Counted from the first letter of the stretch, positions 42,301 through 52,314 are shown. The stretch is 64,000 nt of DNA from Clostridia bacterium (GCA_030527165.1 JAUNBH010000001.1:30698-94697); one strand, 5' to 3'. Notes: a model not told the origin generated them from the letters alone. Numbers and translations are program-made.

Positions 42301-43443
42301 ATGGACTTTCAACTGTCGAAGGAACATGCTCTGCTGAGGGAGCTCTATCGGAGCTTCGCTCAGGCTGAAGTCAAGCCTTTGGCCGAGGAAATCGACGAAC
42401 AGGAGCGCTTCCCCGTGGAGACGGTAAAGCAGCTCGGGCGGTATGGGTTCATGGGTATACCGTATCCGAAGGAGTACGGCGGAGCAGGGGCGGACACATT
42501 GGCGTACGTCATGGCGATAGAGGAGCTGTCGCGGGTATGCGGCACCACGGGCGTCGTAGTATCCGCGCACACATCGCTGTGCTGCGGGCCGATATACGAG
42601 TTCGGCACTGAGGAGCAGAAGCGCAAGTACCTGCCGGGGCTGTTGTCAGGCGAGCGCGTAGGCGCCTTTGGGCTTACGGAGCCCGGGGCGGGCACGGACG
42701 CGGCGGGGCAGCAGACAAAGGCCGTGCTCGCGGGCGATAACTGGGTACTCAACGGCACCAAGATATTCATAACCAACGCCGGCCACGCGGACGTGTTCAT
42801 CATATTTGCCATGACGGATAAGGCGCAGGGCACGCGGGGCATATCCGCGTTCATAGTGGAGCGCGGCTTCGAGGGCTTCAGAGTGGGCAAAGAGGAGAAG
42901 AAGATGGGCATAAGGGGCTCGTCCACCTGCGAGCTCATAATGGAGGACTGCATAGTGCCCAAGGAGAATCTGCTGGGCGGATTGAACAAGGGCTTCAAGG
43001 TCGCGATGAAGACGCTGGACGGCGGCAGGATAGGCATTGCTGCGCAGGCGCTCGGCCTCGGGGAGGGCGCGGTTGACGAGGCGATAAAGTACGTCAAGGA
43101 GCGCAAGCAGTTTGGACGCAGGATATCTCAGTTCCAGAACACGCAGTTCAAGCTTGCGGATATGAGTACGCGCATGCAGGCGGCGCAGTACCTCGTGTAC
43201 AGCGCGGCGCTCGCCAAGGACAGCGGCGCTGCGTACAGCAAGGAGGCGGCGATGGCTAAGCTGTTCGCATCGGAAGCCGCCAATGACGTGACGCGGCAGG
43301 CGGTGCAGCTCTTTGGCGGATACGGCTACACGCGCGAGTATCCGGTGGAGCGCATGATGCGCGACGCGAAGATAACCGAGATATACGAGGGCACGAGCGA
43401 AGTCATGCGCATGGTCATTGCCTCGGCGCTCGGTGTTAATTAG
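42301..43443 (+). CDS. bcd: Butyryl-CoA dehydrogenase (short-chain acyl-CoA dehydrogenase, Etf-dependent)
   Basis: 380 aa. GLTEPGAGTDA, YEGTSE and other typical ACAD motifs. etfB and etfA follow directly. Confidence 0.9.
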   Translation: MDFQLSKEHALLRELYRSFAQAEVKPLAEEIDEQERFPVETVKQLGRYGFMGIPYPKEYGGAGADTLAYVMAIEELSRVCGTTGVVVSAHTSLCCGPIYEFGTEEQKRKYLPGLLSGERVGAFGLTEPGAGTDAAGQQTKAVLAGDNWVLNGTKIFITNAGHADVFIIFAMTDKAQGTRGISAFIVERGFEGFRVGKEEKKMGIRGSSTCELIMEDCIVPKENLLGGLNKGFKVAMKTLDGGRIGIAAQALGLGEGAVDEAIKYVKERKQFGRRISQFQNTQFKLADMSTRMQAAQYLVYSAALAKDSGAAYSKEAAMAKLFASEAANDVTRQAVQLFGGYGYTREYPVERMMRDAKITEIYEGTSEVMRMVIASALGVN

Positions 43444-43453
43444 GGAGGCGCTT

Positions 43454-44245
43454 ATGAACATAATCGTATGCATTAAGCAGGTTCCGGACACCACGGAGGT
43501 CAAGCTCGATCCCGTTACGGGAACGCTGATAAGAGAGGGCGTGCCGAGCATAATAAACCCGGATGACAAGGCAGGGCTGGAAGCGGCGCTGAGAATAAAG
43601 GAGCAAAACGGCGCGCGCGTGACGGTGGTCAGCATGGGCCCGATGCAGGCGGACGTCGCACTCCGGGAAGCGCTAGCGATGGGCGCGGACGAGGCGTACC
43701 TCATAAGCGACAGGGCGTTTGGCGGCGCGGACACCTGGGCGACTTCGTACACGATAGCCGCTGCGATACGCACTCTCGATTACGACCTGATAATTGCGGG
43801 GCGGCAGGCGATAGACGGCGATACGGCGCAGGTAGGGCCGCAGATAGCGCAGCACCTGGGGCTTCCGCAGGTGAGCTATGTGGAAGCGGTGGAGCGTGTG
43901 GAGGCGGGTTCGCTCGTGCTGCGCAGGCAGTTTGAGGACAGGTATCACATAGTCGAGGTAGCCACCCCGTGCGTGATAACGGTGCTGTCCGAGCTCAACA
44001 AACCGCGCTACATGAGCGTGTCCGGCGTAATGGATGCGTACCGCGAGAAGACGGTGAACGTGCTCACGCTCGCGCAGCTCGAATCCGTGATAGACAAGGG
44101 CAACATCGGCCTGGGCGGTTCGCCCACCAGGGTCAAGCAGAGTTTCACGAAACAGCCGAAGGCGAAGGGCGAAAAGTACGAGGTCGACGCCGACGAAGCG
44201 GTACGGCTCATAGTGGAATGGCTGGAAGCCAGGCACATCATCTGA
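43454..44245 (+). CDS. etfB: Electron transfer flavoprotein subunit beta
   Basis: MNIIVCIKQVPDT..INPDD..AGRQAIDGDT. I prefer the start at 43454 over the 43418 extension. Confidence 0.92.
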   Translation: MNIIVCIKQVPDTTEVKLDPVTGTLIREGVPSIINPDDKAGLEAALRIKEQNGARVTVVSMGPMQADVALREALAMGADEAYLISDRAFGGADTWATSYTIAAAIRTLDYDLIIAGRQAIDGDTAQVGPQIAQHLGLPQVSYVEAVERVEAGSLVLRRQFEDRYHIVEVATPCVITVLSELNKPRYMSVSGVMDAYREKTVNVLTLAQLESVIDKGNIGLGGSPTRVKQSFTKQPKAKGEKYEVDADEAVRLIVEWLEARHII

Positions 44246-44252
44246 CGGGGGC

Positions 44253-45251
44253 ATGAACATGAGTAGAAACATTCTTGTATTTGCGGAGCAGCGGAACGGC
44301 GTGCTGCAGAAGGTAGCCGCGGAGCTGATAGGCAAGGCGTCGGAATTGGCGCAAAAGCTCGATGAGCAGGTGATTGCGCTCATACTGGGGCACGGCGTTG
44401 AGCGCTTAGCGCAGGAGGCGATAGAATACGGCGCCGACAGTGCGATAGTCGTAGACGCGCCCGAGCTCGGGGAGTATTTGACCGCGCCGTACACGCGGGC
44501 GGCGGTTGAAGCGATAAGGCGCGCAGAGCCGGGCATAGTGCTCTACGGGGCGACCTCCTTAGGCCGCGACCTCGCGCCGAGGGTGTCCGCCACGGTAAAG
44601 ACGGGCCTGACCGCGGACTGCACCAAGCTGGAGATAGACGAGGAGTCGCGCTTGCTGCTGATGACGCGCCCCGCGTTTGGCGGCAACATAATGGCGACGA
44701 TAGTGTGCGCGGAGCACCGCCCGCAGATGGCGACCGTGCGCCCCGGCGTGATGCAGGCGCTCCCGCGCGACGCGGGCAGGCGCGGCGAGGTGACGCGGCT
44801 TGACGTGGCGTTCTGCGAGGAGGACAATCGCGTGCGCATACTGGAAGTCGTAAAGGGCGACAGAAAGGACGTCGACATAACGGAGGCGAAGGTGCTCGTG
44901 TCCGGCGGCAGGGGCATAGGTGGCGCTGAGAAGTTTGCGCTGCTCAAGCAGCTGGCGGAGCAATTCCCCGGCGGTGAGATATCCTCGTCGAGGGCAAATG
45001 TGGACGCGGGTTTCATAGGTCGTGAGCGCCAGGTCGGGCAGACGGGGAAAACCGTGCGGCCGAAGCTCTACATAGCCTGCGGCATATCGGGAGCCATACA
45101 GCACATAGCGGGAATGGAGGACGCCGACTTCATAATCGCCATAAACAAAGACCCGGGCGCGCCAATATTCGATGTGGCGGACTTGGGCATAGTCGGGGAT
45201 CTCAACGTGGTGCTGCCGAAGCTGATAGCCGCGCTCGAGCGGCGGGCATAG
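44253..45251 (+). CDS. etfA: Electron transfer flavoprotein subunit alpha
   Basis: 332 aa. The C-terminal FAD-binding block is VSGGRGIG...SRANVDAGF..QVGQTGKTVRPKLYIACGISGAIQH. Confidence 0.92.
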   Translation: MNMSRNILVFAEQRNGVLQKVAAELIGKASELAQKLDEQVIALILGHGVERLAQEAIEYGADSAIVVDAPELGEYLTAPYTRAAVEAIRRAEPGIVLYGATSLGRDLAPRVSATVKTGLTADCTKLEIDEESRLLLMTRPAFGGNIMATIVCAEHRPQMATVRPGVMQALPRDAGRRGEVTRLDVAFCEEDNRVRILEVVKGDRKDVDITEAKVLVSGGRGIGGAEKFALLKQLAEQFPGGEISSSRANVDAGFIGRERQVGQTGKTVRPKLYIACGISGAIQHIAGMEDADFIIAINKDPGAPIFDVADLGIVGDLNVVLPKLIAALERRA

Positions 45252-45295
45252 GCGGTTCGCGCCACTGAGGAGAGTTGTTAATCCGGCTTTACGCT

Positions 45296-45321
45296 GACAG
45301 CGCGGTGCGTACCGCGCTGTC
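45296..45321 (+). terminator. Stem-loop between the convergent genes etfA and the lipoprotein gene (probable terminator)
   Basis: GACAGCGCGGT-gcgt-ACCGCGCTGTC, an 11-bp perfect stem followed by actcttta. Confidence 0.5.
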
Positions 45322-45386
45322 ACTCTTTATCCGGCGGCGCCATGCGCGCCCGTTTAGGGCGCAGCCGCGCTTGTCGCCGTATGGCG

Positions 45387-46019
45387 CTACATGGTGCTCG
45401 AGAGCAATGTGTGCGCGTTAATGGTAAAGCCGTTGCCCGATTCGATGGAGAGCACCGTAAAGCGCACCGAGCCCAGCAGCGTGGCGCCGGAGCCGTCGTA
45501 TATGTTGAACAGGACATTCACGGCATAGCTCTCCTCCTCGTCAGAATCGTTTGCGGCGACTTCCTGCGATACAAATTCGAGCGTGCAGTCCGGCTGCGGG
45601 ATGTCGAGCCTGACGAAGAAGTACTCGTCCGAGGCGTACACGTCGCCGCCGGGCTCGTCCCCTATGCCATACTCGTACAGCGGCAGTCCGAACACCGCCT
45701 CCATAAGCGCGTTTGCGTCTGCGCGTGACACGCGGCCGTATCCGTCCTCATACTCCTCGAGGCGCGCTGCGAAGTACGTCGCCATGAAGTCGATTGCGGC
45801 GGCGTCATATATTGCGACGCCCGGTTGATACGCGTCGTCCGATGTCAGATAGCGGCCGTACTCTGCGAGCAGCTCCAGCTCCGCGTTCGAGAGGAGCAGC
45901 TCGCTGCCGGGCGTTTGTGCGGCGGTGGGTGACTCTTCGCCCTGGTTATCGCCGCACCCGGCGCAGAGGAGCGCGAACGCTGTGGCGAGCGCGGCGACAG
46001 TTACAATAGATTTCTTCAT
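45387..46019 (-). CDS. Putative lipoprotein of unknown function
   Basis: Signal peptide MKKSIVTVAALATAFALLCAGCGDN (lipobox-like). The mature domain is acidic. I prefer the start at 46019 over 46073. Confidence 0.65.
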   Translation of the reverse strand: MKKSIVTVAALATAFALLCAGCGDNQGEESPTAAQTPGSELLLSNAELELLAEYGRYLTSDDAYQPGVAIYDAAAIDFMATYFAARLEEYEDGYGRVSRADANALMEAVFGLPLYEYGIGDEPGGDVYASDEYFFVRLDIPQPDCTLEFVSQEVAANDSDEEESYAVNVLFNIYDGSGATLLGSVRFTVLSIESGNGFTINAHTLLSSTM

Positions 46020-46096
46020 TTCAGTTACTCCCGCGTGGTAGTTTTCCTCATTGCGAGGGTGTGCAAAACGCATTATATCACAATGCCGACCCCCGC

Positions 46097-46130
46097 AAAA
46101 ATCGCAAAGAAAGCGGGGCGTCCGCCCCGC
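46097..46130 (-). terminator. Intrinsic terminator after hpf
   Basis: On the minus strand, GCGGGGCG-ga-CGCCCCGC (46113-46130) is followed by TTTCTTTGCGATTTTT. Confidence 0.7.
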
Positions 46131-46143
46131 GTGATTATGAGTC

Positions 46144-46668
46144 TCATTCCGGCTCTATCAGGCCGTAATTACCGTCTTTTCTCAGATACAGTACGTTTAT
46201 GTCGTTTGTGTCGCCGTTGGTGAAAACGTAAAACGAGTGGCCGAGCAGTTCCAGCTGCAGCATGGCTTCATCGAGCGTCATTGGCTTCATGCTGAATCGC
46301 TTCACCTTTACTACGCGCTTCTGTTCGTCGTCGGGGAAATCCTCCTCGACGCCGGGCGCGGGTGCGAAGGCGTCCGCGCGGAGCGACTTCTCAAGCCTGG
46401 TACGGTGCTTGCGCACCTGCCTCACGAGTTTGTCGATTACGTTGTCGATGGAGGCGTACATGTCGCCCGTCACTTCCTCGCCGCGTATAATGCCGTTAGT
46501 GTACGGTATCGTGACCTCAACTATGTGGCGGTTGCGCTCGACTGACATGGCGACTTCGGCAATCGTGTCCTCAGGGAAGTATTTGTTGAGTTTCGACATC
46601 TTCTTTTCGACCAGCTCGCGCAGGTACTCGGAAATCTCGATGTTCTTGCCTGTGATAGAAATGCGCAT
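46144..46668 (-). CDS. hpf: Ribosome hibernation promoting factor (long form HPF/RaiA)
   Basis: 174 aa. MRISITGKNIEISEYLRELVEKKMSKL..., a sigma-54 modulation/S30EA N-domain, plus the C-terminal dimerisation domain (KRFSMKPMTLDEA). Confidence 0.92.
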   Translation of the reverse strand: MRISITGKNIEISEYLRELVEKKMSKLNKYFPEDTIAEVAMSVERNRHIVEVTIPYTNGIIRGEEVTGDMYASIDNVIDKLVRQVRKHRTRLEKSLRADAFAPAPGVEEDFPDDEQKRVVKVKRFSMKPMTLDEAMLQLELLGHSFYVFTNGDTNDINVLYLRKDGNYGLIEPE

Positions 46669-46839
46669 ACAGGGTACTCCTTTCAGTTTTTAGTACAGCC
46701 CTGAACTCTGCACTATATATTATAAGTATTCGCCGTGCGCGTTTGTTTTCCTGCCTCGCATTGTAGTAAACTTGTGAACTTGCGTGTTGCATGGAGTGTG
46801 AAAGCGTTTATAATATAGTGGAAGTATAGCGGAGGCGGC

Positions 46840-47439
46840 ATGTACATAATAGTTGGACTGGGAAATCCCGGCAGGGAATACGAGAATACGAGGCACAATG
46901 CGGGCTTCTGGGCGATCGATGCGCTCGCCCGCGCGGTTGGCGCGCCGGTAAACAAGCGGGCGCACAGTTCGCTTCTGGGCGAGTGCAGACTGGACGGGGA
47001 GAAGGTGCTGCTCGTAAAGCCTCAGACATACATGAACCTCTCGGGGCATGCGGTCAGCGCGGTCATGCACTACTACAAGGCGGACATAGGCCGCCTGATA
47101 GTCGTGTACGACGATAAGGCGCTCCCGGCGGGAATGCTGCGCATACGGGCGCAGGGCAGCGCCGGCGGCCACAACGGGATGCAGAGCATCATAGAGCAGC
47201 TCGGCACGGATGAGTTTTTGCGCATACGCGTGGGCATAGGCGGTGACAGTGCGCAGCACGGGTTGATATCGCATGTGCTGGGCACGCCCGGAGCCGCCGA
47301 GCGCGCCGAAATAGACAGTGCGGTAGAGCGGGCGGCGGATGCAGCGCGGCTGATAGTGGCGGGCAGACTGCAGGAAGCGCAGGAGAAATACAACAGGAAA
47401 GCGAAACTCACGGTTCACGATGGCGAATCAGCTACTTAA
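46840..47439 (+). CDS. pth: Peptidyl-tRNA hydrolase
   Basis: MYIIVGLGNPGREYENTRHNAGF...GGHNGM, canonical Pth motifs. Confidence 0.95.
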   Translation: MYIIVGLGNPGREYENTRHNAGFWAIDALARAVGAPVNKRAHSSLLGECRLDGEKVLLVKPQTYMNLSGHAVSAVMHYYKADIGRLIVVYDDKALPAGMLRIRAQGSAGGHNGMQSIIEQLGTDEFLRIRVGIGGDSAQHGLISHVLGTPGAAERAEIDSAVERAADAARLIVAGRLQEAQEKYNRKAKLTVHDGESAT

Positions 47440-50400
47440 AATACTCGACAGGTCAGAGGAGTTCGGCAATATACTGGCGGCGATAGGTGGGGGCCCCCTG
47501 TGCATTTACGGCTTGGGGGACGCGCATAAGGCGCATGTGACGGCGTCCATACGGGCGCATGTCGGCGCGCCCATGCTGTTTGTCGCCGCAAGTGAGGCGA
47601 GCGCCGTTGCGATGCACGAGGAGCTGAAGGGCTACTGGGAAGATGCGCTGCTGCTCCCCGCGCGGGACATTAACCTGTCGGCAAGGACATATGCGCAGTC
47701 GAGCGAGGTCACGGGCAAGCGGATAAGCGCACTGAGGGCGCTGCGCGGCTCGCGCGACTGCATAGTCGTGTGCTCCATTGGCGCGCTGCTGCAGCGCGTG
47801 GCTCCGCCGGCGGCGCTGTTCGGATCGGACATGGAGCTCAGGGTCGGGGAGAGCGTCGACCTGGGCGCGCTGGCGTCCGGGTTATCCGCCATGGGATACG
47901 AGCGCTCACAGCTGTGCGAGGGCAGAGGTCAGTTCGCCGTGCGCGGCGGCTATGTGGACGTATTCCCGCTGCTGGAGCGCAATCCGGTGCGCATTGAGCT
48001 GTTTGGAGACGAGATAGATTCCATGCGCTCATACGACCCGGTAACGCAGCGCTCTACGGGCAATATAGACAGCGTGTACATAGCGCCTGCCTCCGAGCTG
48101 CCGCATTCGCAGGAGGCGCTCAAGCTCGCTGCGGCGGGTTTGAAGGGCGTGAAGGCGTTTGAACACGAGCGCGAACTCATACTCCAGGGGGCAATGCCCT
48201 CGGGCGCGCTCAACCTGCTGCCGTTCATGTTGAGCGAGAGCTGTATATGCGATTATCTGCCCGCGGACGCCGTAATAGTATTGGACGAACCGCCGCGGTT
48301 AGACGAATCCGCCGAGCTGGAACGGACGCTGTTCGCGGAGAGTCTGGCGGACGCGCTGGAGCACGGGCTGGCGCACAAGCGGCAGCGGGATTTGCTGCTG
48401 CCTCAGCACCGGGTGACTGCGGCGCTCGACACGAGCCGCACGGTTATGCTCTTTTCGCTCGTGCGAACATACAACGCCATACGCCCCAAGGCGGTATTCA
48501 ACCTGCAGACGCGCACAGTATCGAGCTATGCAAACGGGCTAAAGCCGCTCGCAGACGACATGCGGCACTGGAAGCAGAGCGGAGCGGGCGTGCTTATAAT
48601 GGCGGGCAGCCATGCCGAGCGCGTCAAGGACGAGCTGGACGACTACCTCGTGTCGGCGCCCCTGGTAGAGCGGCTGGAGCGCCAGCCCTTGCCGGCTGAG
48701 GCGCTCATAGTGAGGGAAAGCGCGCCAAGGGGATTTGAATACACGGATCTCAGGGTGGTGGTCGTCACCGAGCGCGAGCTATACGGCAGAAGGGCGCGAC
48801 GGGCGGCAAGGCCGCGCGGCAAGCGGCCATCACTGACGTTTGAGGAGCTGGAGATAGGAGATCTCGTCGTACACGAAGCGCACGGCGTGGCGCGGTATAC
48901 GGGCGTGGAGACGATAGTTGCGGACGGCGTGCTGCGCGATTACATAAAGCTGCAGTTCCAGGGAACGGATGCCATGTTCCTGCCGACAGATCAGTTGGAC
49001 AGGGTACAAAAGTATGTGGGAGCCGACGGCAACGCGCCAAAGCTCTCCAGTCTCAATTCACACGAGTGGCAGCGAACCGTGGCGAGGACGCGCGAGAGCG
49101 TGAAGAAACTCGCGTTTGACCTGGTTAAGCTCTACGGCGAGCGCTCGCGGCGCAGGGGCTTCAGCTTCTCGCCGGATACGCCTTGGCAGGCGATGATGGA
49201 GAGCAGTTTTTCATTTGAGATGACACCCGACCAGTTGCGCAGCGTGGAGGAGATAAAGCGCGATATGGAGAGCGCCAAGGTTATGGACAGACTGCTGTGC
49301 GGGGACGTAGGCTATGGCAAGACGGAAGTGGCGCTTCGCTCCGCTTTCAAGGCGATAATGGACTCCCGGCAGGTAATATTCCTGGTGCCGACCACCATAC
49401 TGGCGCAACAGCACTACAACACGGCAATATCGCGTTTCCACGGTTTTCCGGTGAGGGTGCGCATGCTGTCGCGCTTCAACTCGCCCGCAGAGACCGCGCG
49501 CATACTCGAGGAGCTGGCGGACGGCAGCTGTGACATGGTCATAGGCACGCACAAGCTGTTGGGGAAGCGCGTTAAGTTCAAGAACCCCGGGCTGCTGATA
49601 GTAGATGAGGAGCAGCGCTTCGGCGTGGGGCATAAGGAGCAGATAAAGCTGCTCAAGCAGGAGCTGGACGTGCTGACGCTGTCCGCCACGCCCATACCGC
49701 GGACGCTGCACATGTCCATGACGGGCATACGCGACATGTCCGTAATAGAGACGCCGCCGGAGGAGCGCTATCCGGTGCAGACGTACGTCATGGAGGAGTC
49801 GCCCGCTATAATGCGCGAGGCGATACTGAAGGAGATGGGCAGGGGCGGGCAGGTATTCGTGCTGTACAACAAGGTGCAGAGCATGAGCGTGTTCGCGGAT
49901 GAGCTCCGGCGTTTGACGCCCGAGGCGCGGATAGCGACGGCGCACGGCAGGATGTCTGAGCGGCTGCTTGAGAATACGATGCTCGACTTCATAGAGCACC
50001 AATACGACGTGCTGGTGTGCTCCACCATAATCGAGAACGGCTTGGACGTGACCAACGCCAACACGATAATAGTCATCGACGCCGACAAGCTCGGGTTGGC
50101 GCAGCTGTACCAGCTTCGAGGGCGCGTAGGTCGTTCCACGCGGCTGGCATACGCCTATCTCATGTTCAAGCGCGACAGCGTGCTCACGGAGGAGGCGGCG
50201 AAGCGGCTCCAGGCGATACGCGACTTCACGCAGTTTGGGTCGGGCTTCAGGATAGCCATGCGGGATTTGGAGATACGGGGCGCGGGCAACCTGCTGGGGG
50301 CAGAGCAGCACGGATTCATGCAGGACGTCGGCTACGACATGTACTGTAAGCTCATAGACGAGGCGGTGAAGGAGGCGCGCGGCGAGAAATCGGATGCGCC

Positions 50401-50854
50401 GATAGATACCGCCATAACAATACCGGCGAATGCCAATATCCCGCGGGAATACATCTCGCGCGAGCAGGAGCGGCTGGCGATGTACAGGCGCATCGCGCTC
50501 ATAGATTGCTTGGACGACCTGAGGGATGTGCAGGATGAACTCATAGACCGCTATGGAGCCATACCCGACGAAACGCAGGCGCTGCTTGACATAGCGCTGC
50601 TCAAGGCGGAGGCGCGCAGGGCGTACATAACGAAGCTCTCGGCAAAGACGGGCGAGCTCCGACTGACGTTCAGCGCCGACGCGCCGTATGACACGGGCAA
50701 GCTCCTGGAGTTCGCCTCCGGGCTCAGCGGTGCGCGGCTGATAAATTCCGCACCGCCGACTATGCTCATAACGGGTGTGCGGGCGCGTCTCGACGGCGGA
50801 TTTAGGTCTTTGTTTCAAATCGTTCACGCTTTGCTCAATTGTATTGACGCATAA
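47420..50854 (+). CDS. mfd: Transcription-repair coupling factor
   Basis: 1144 aa. CarD-like RID (GDLVVHEAHGVARY), helicase motifs GDVGYGKTEVA and DEEQRFG, and a TRG motif region. It overlaps pth by 20 nt. Confidence 0.96.
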   Translation: MANQLLKILDRSEEFGNILAAIGGGPLCIYGLGDAHKAHVTASIRAHVGAPMLFVAASEASAVAMHEELKGYWEDALLLPARDINLSARTYAQSSEVTGKRISALRALRGSRDCIVVCSIGALLQRVAPPAALFGSDMELRVGESVDLGALASGLSAMGYERSQLCEGRGQFAVRGGYVDVFPLLERNPVRIELFGDEIDSMRSYDPVTQRSTGNIDSVYIAPASELPHSQEALKLAAAGLKGVKAFEHERELILQGAMPSGALNLLPFMLSESCICDYLPADAVIVLDEPPRLDESAELERTLFAESLADALEHGLAHKRQRDLLLPQHRVTAALDTSRTVMLFSLVRTYNAIRPKAVFNLQTRTVSSYANGLKPLADDMRHWKQSGAGVLIMAGSHAERVKDELDDYLVSAPLVERLERQPLPAEALIVRESAPRGFEYTDLRVVVVTERELYGRRARRAARPRGKRPSLTFEELEIGDLVVHEAHGVARYTGVETIVADGVLRDYIKLQFQGTDAMFLPTDQLDRVQKYVGADGNAPKLSSLNSHEWQRTVARTRESVKKLAFDLVKLYGERSRRRGFSFSPDTPWQAMMESSFSFEMTPDQLRSVEEIKRDMESAKVMDRLLCGDVGYGKTEVALRSAFKAIMDSRQVIFLVPTTILAQQHYNTAISRFHGFPVRVRMLSRFNSPAETARILEELADGSCDMVIGTHKLLGKRVKFKNPGLLIVDEEQRFGVGHKEQIKLLKQELDVLTLSATPIPRTLHMSMTGIRDMSVIETPPEERYPVQTYVMEESPAIMREAILKEMGRGGQVFVLYNKVQSMSVFADELRRLTPEARIATAHGRMSERLLENTMLDFIEHQYDVLVCSTIIENGLDVTNANTIIVIDADKLGLAQLYQLRGRVGRSTRLAYAYLMFKRDSVLTEEAAKRLQAIRDFTQFGSGFRIAMRDLEIRGAGNLLGAEQHGFMQDVGYDMYCKLIDEAVKEARGEKSDAPIDTAITIPANANIPREYISREQERLAMYRRIALIDCLDDLRDVQDELIDRYGAIPDETQALLDIALLKAEARRAYITKLSAKTGELRLTFSADAPYDTGKLLEFASGLSGARLINSAPPTMLITGVRARLDGGFRSLFQIVHALLNCIDA

Positions 50855-50901
50855 TCGTGATATAATCATATGTTACACCATGTATGTTAAGGAGAGTGAA
50901 G

Positions 50902-52305
50902 ATGAAAAAACTGATTAGCTTTGCGCTGGTAGCGCTGCTGGCGGCGACGTCCGTGCTGTTCGTGGGCGGCTGCAGCCTCGTGGATGAAGAACCCGATCCC
51001 AACACTGTCATTGCGCGCATAGGCGAGTATGAGCTGACGCTGGGCGACTTTGAGGCGGCGTTTGATATGCACGCTACGATGTGGTCGAGCTACGGCTACG
51101 ATGTGACGAGCGACCAGGAGACGCGCGAGAGCTTCCAGGACAATGTGTTCGACTTGCTCGTAGGCACGCTGTGTGCGCTCCACCAGGGCAATGAGCTGGG
51201 CCTGTTTGAGTACACCGACGAACAGCTTGCAGAGCTTCAAGAGAGCATTGACGCGGAGCTTGCAGACCTGCTCGACTATCACACGCAGTCCGCTGCAAGC
51301 GAGGGGCTCACGGGCGAGGAACTGGAGACGCGCATAAACGAGCTGATAGAGGAGGAGGCGGCGTATTTCCTGGGCGCCGGCACGACGCGTCAGCAGTACG
51401 AAGACTACCTCGTGGAGGCCATTACGGAGGACTATCAGCTCAACCTCGTGAAGGAGGCGTTTTTGAGCGACGTAACCGTATCGGATGAGGCTGTACAGGA
51501 GTGGTACGACGCCCTGCTGGAGTCCGACATGTTGTTGGTGGAGCAGGACCCGGGAAGCTACAAGGACAGCCAAGAGGAGTACGAGATGTATGTGGGCGAG
51601 GAGGGCTTATACCCTGTGCTTTACGCGCCGACGGGTTATTATCGCGTGATGCACATCTTCACAACGGCGGAAGAGGACATTGACAGCGCGTACACCGAGC
51701 TTAGCGCCGAAATCGAGGACATAATACACGAGTGCGGCTTGCTCGCAATCGAAGCTGCGGGCAGCGAAACGCCCGACAACGCAGAGCAAATGGCGGAGCT
51801 TCTCGAGCAGTACAATGAAAAGGTCGAGGAGCGCGATACCCTGTACGAAACGCATTTTGCGGACGCGCGCGCTAAGATAGAGGAGGCGTATGCGGCGCTG
51901 GAGGCGGGCGAGGCGTTTGCCGACGTAATGCTGGAGTACACGGAGGATGCGGATATAATCGCAAGCGTGGTGTTCCAGCAGAAGGGCATGCTGATAAGCG
52001 AGTACGAGAGCAGCACCGACTGGTCTGACGACATCAAGGAGCGGTTCTTGGAGCTCAAGGAGGGCGAGTACAGCGAGATATTCGCGGATGATGACGGCTA
52101 TCACATACTGTACTTTGTCGCAAGGGAGCCCATGGGCAGCAGGCCGCTGGAGGAAGTGAGGAGTTTGGCGGTCGCGGAGTTGTTGGAGACCGCCAAGGAC
52201 ACGGAGTGGGATACGCTGATAGAGACTTGGCTCAACTCCGAGGAGCTATGGGTTGACAAGGACGCCATAAGGGTAGTTGGAGTGCCGGCGGCGGACGAAG
52301 AGTAA
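50902..52305 (+). CDS. Acidic lipoprotein with SurA-N-like and degenerate parvulin-like regions (putative PrsA-type foldase)
   Basis: Lipobox MKKLISFALVALLAATSVLFVGGC. YYRVMHIF and DDGYHILYF resemble the first and last strands of a parvulin PPIase domain, separated by a long acidic insertion. It follows mfd, as prsA-like genes do in other Clostridia. The functional call is tentative. Confidence 0.55.
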   Translation: MKKLISFALVALLAATSVLFVGGCSLVDEEPDPNTVIARIGEYELTLGDFEAAFDMHATMWSSYGYDVTSDQETRESFQDNVFDLLVGTLCALHQGNELGLFEYTDEQLAELQESIDAELADLLDYHTQSAASEGLTGEELETRINELIEEEAAYFLGAGTTRQQYEDYLVEAITEDYQLNLVKEAFLSDVTVSDEAVQEWYDALLESDMLLVEQDPGSYKDSQEEYEMYVGEEGLYPVLYAPTGYYRVMHIFTTAEEDIDSAYTELSAEIEDIIHECGLLAIEAAGSETPDNAEQMAELLEQYNEKVEERDTLYETHFADARAKIEEAYAALEAGEAFADVMLEYTEDADIIASVVFQQKGMLISEYESSTDWSDDIKERFLELKEGEYSEIFADDDGYHILYFVAREPMGSRPLEEVRSLAVAELLETAKDTEWDTLIETWLNSEELWVDKDAIRVVGVPAADEE

Positions 52306-52314
52306 GAGCGGGCG

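Noticed and set aside
44253-44258. Alternative EtfA start (ATG at 44259 versus 44253).
   Set aside because: The two ATGs are two codons apart and cannot be discriminated from sequence. I kept the longer form.
46669-46839. Possible raiA-motif RNA or other structured leader upstream of hpf.
   Set aside because: I could not recognise the raiA motif or any convincing conserved structure by eye. The region is only about 170 nt and is shared with the divergent pth promoter. It is left unannotated, and a cmscan would settle it.
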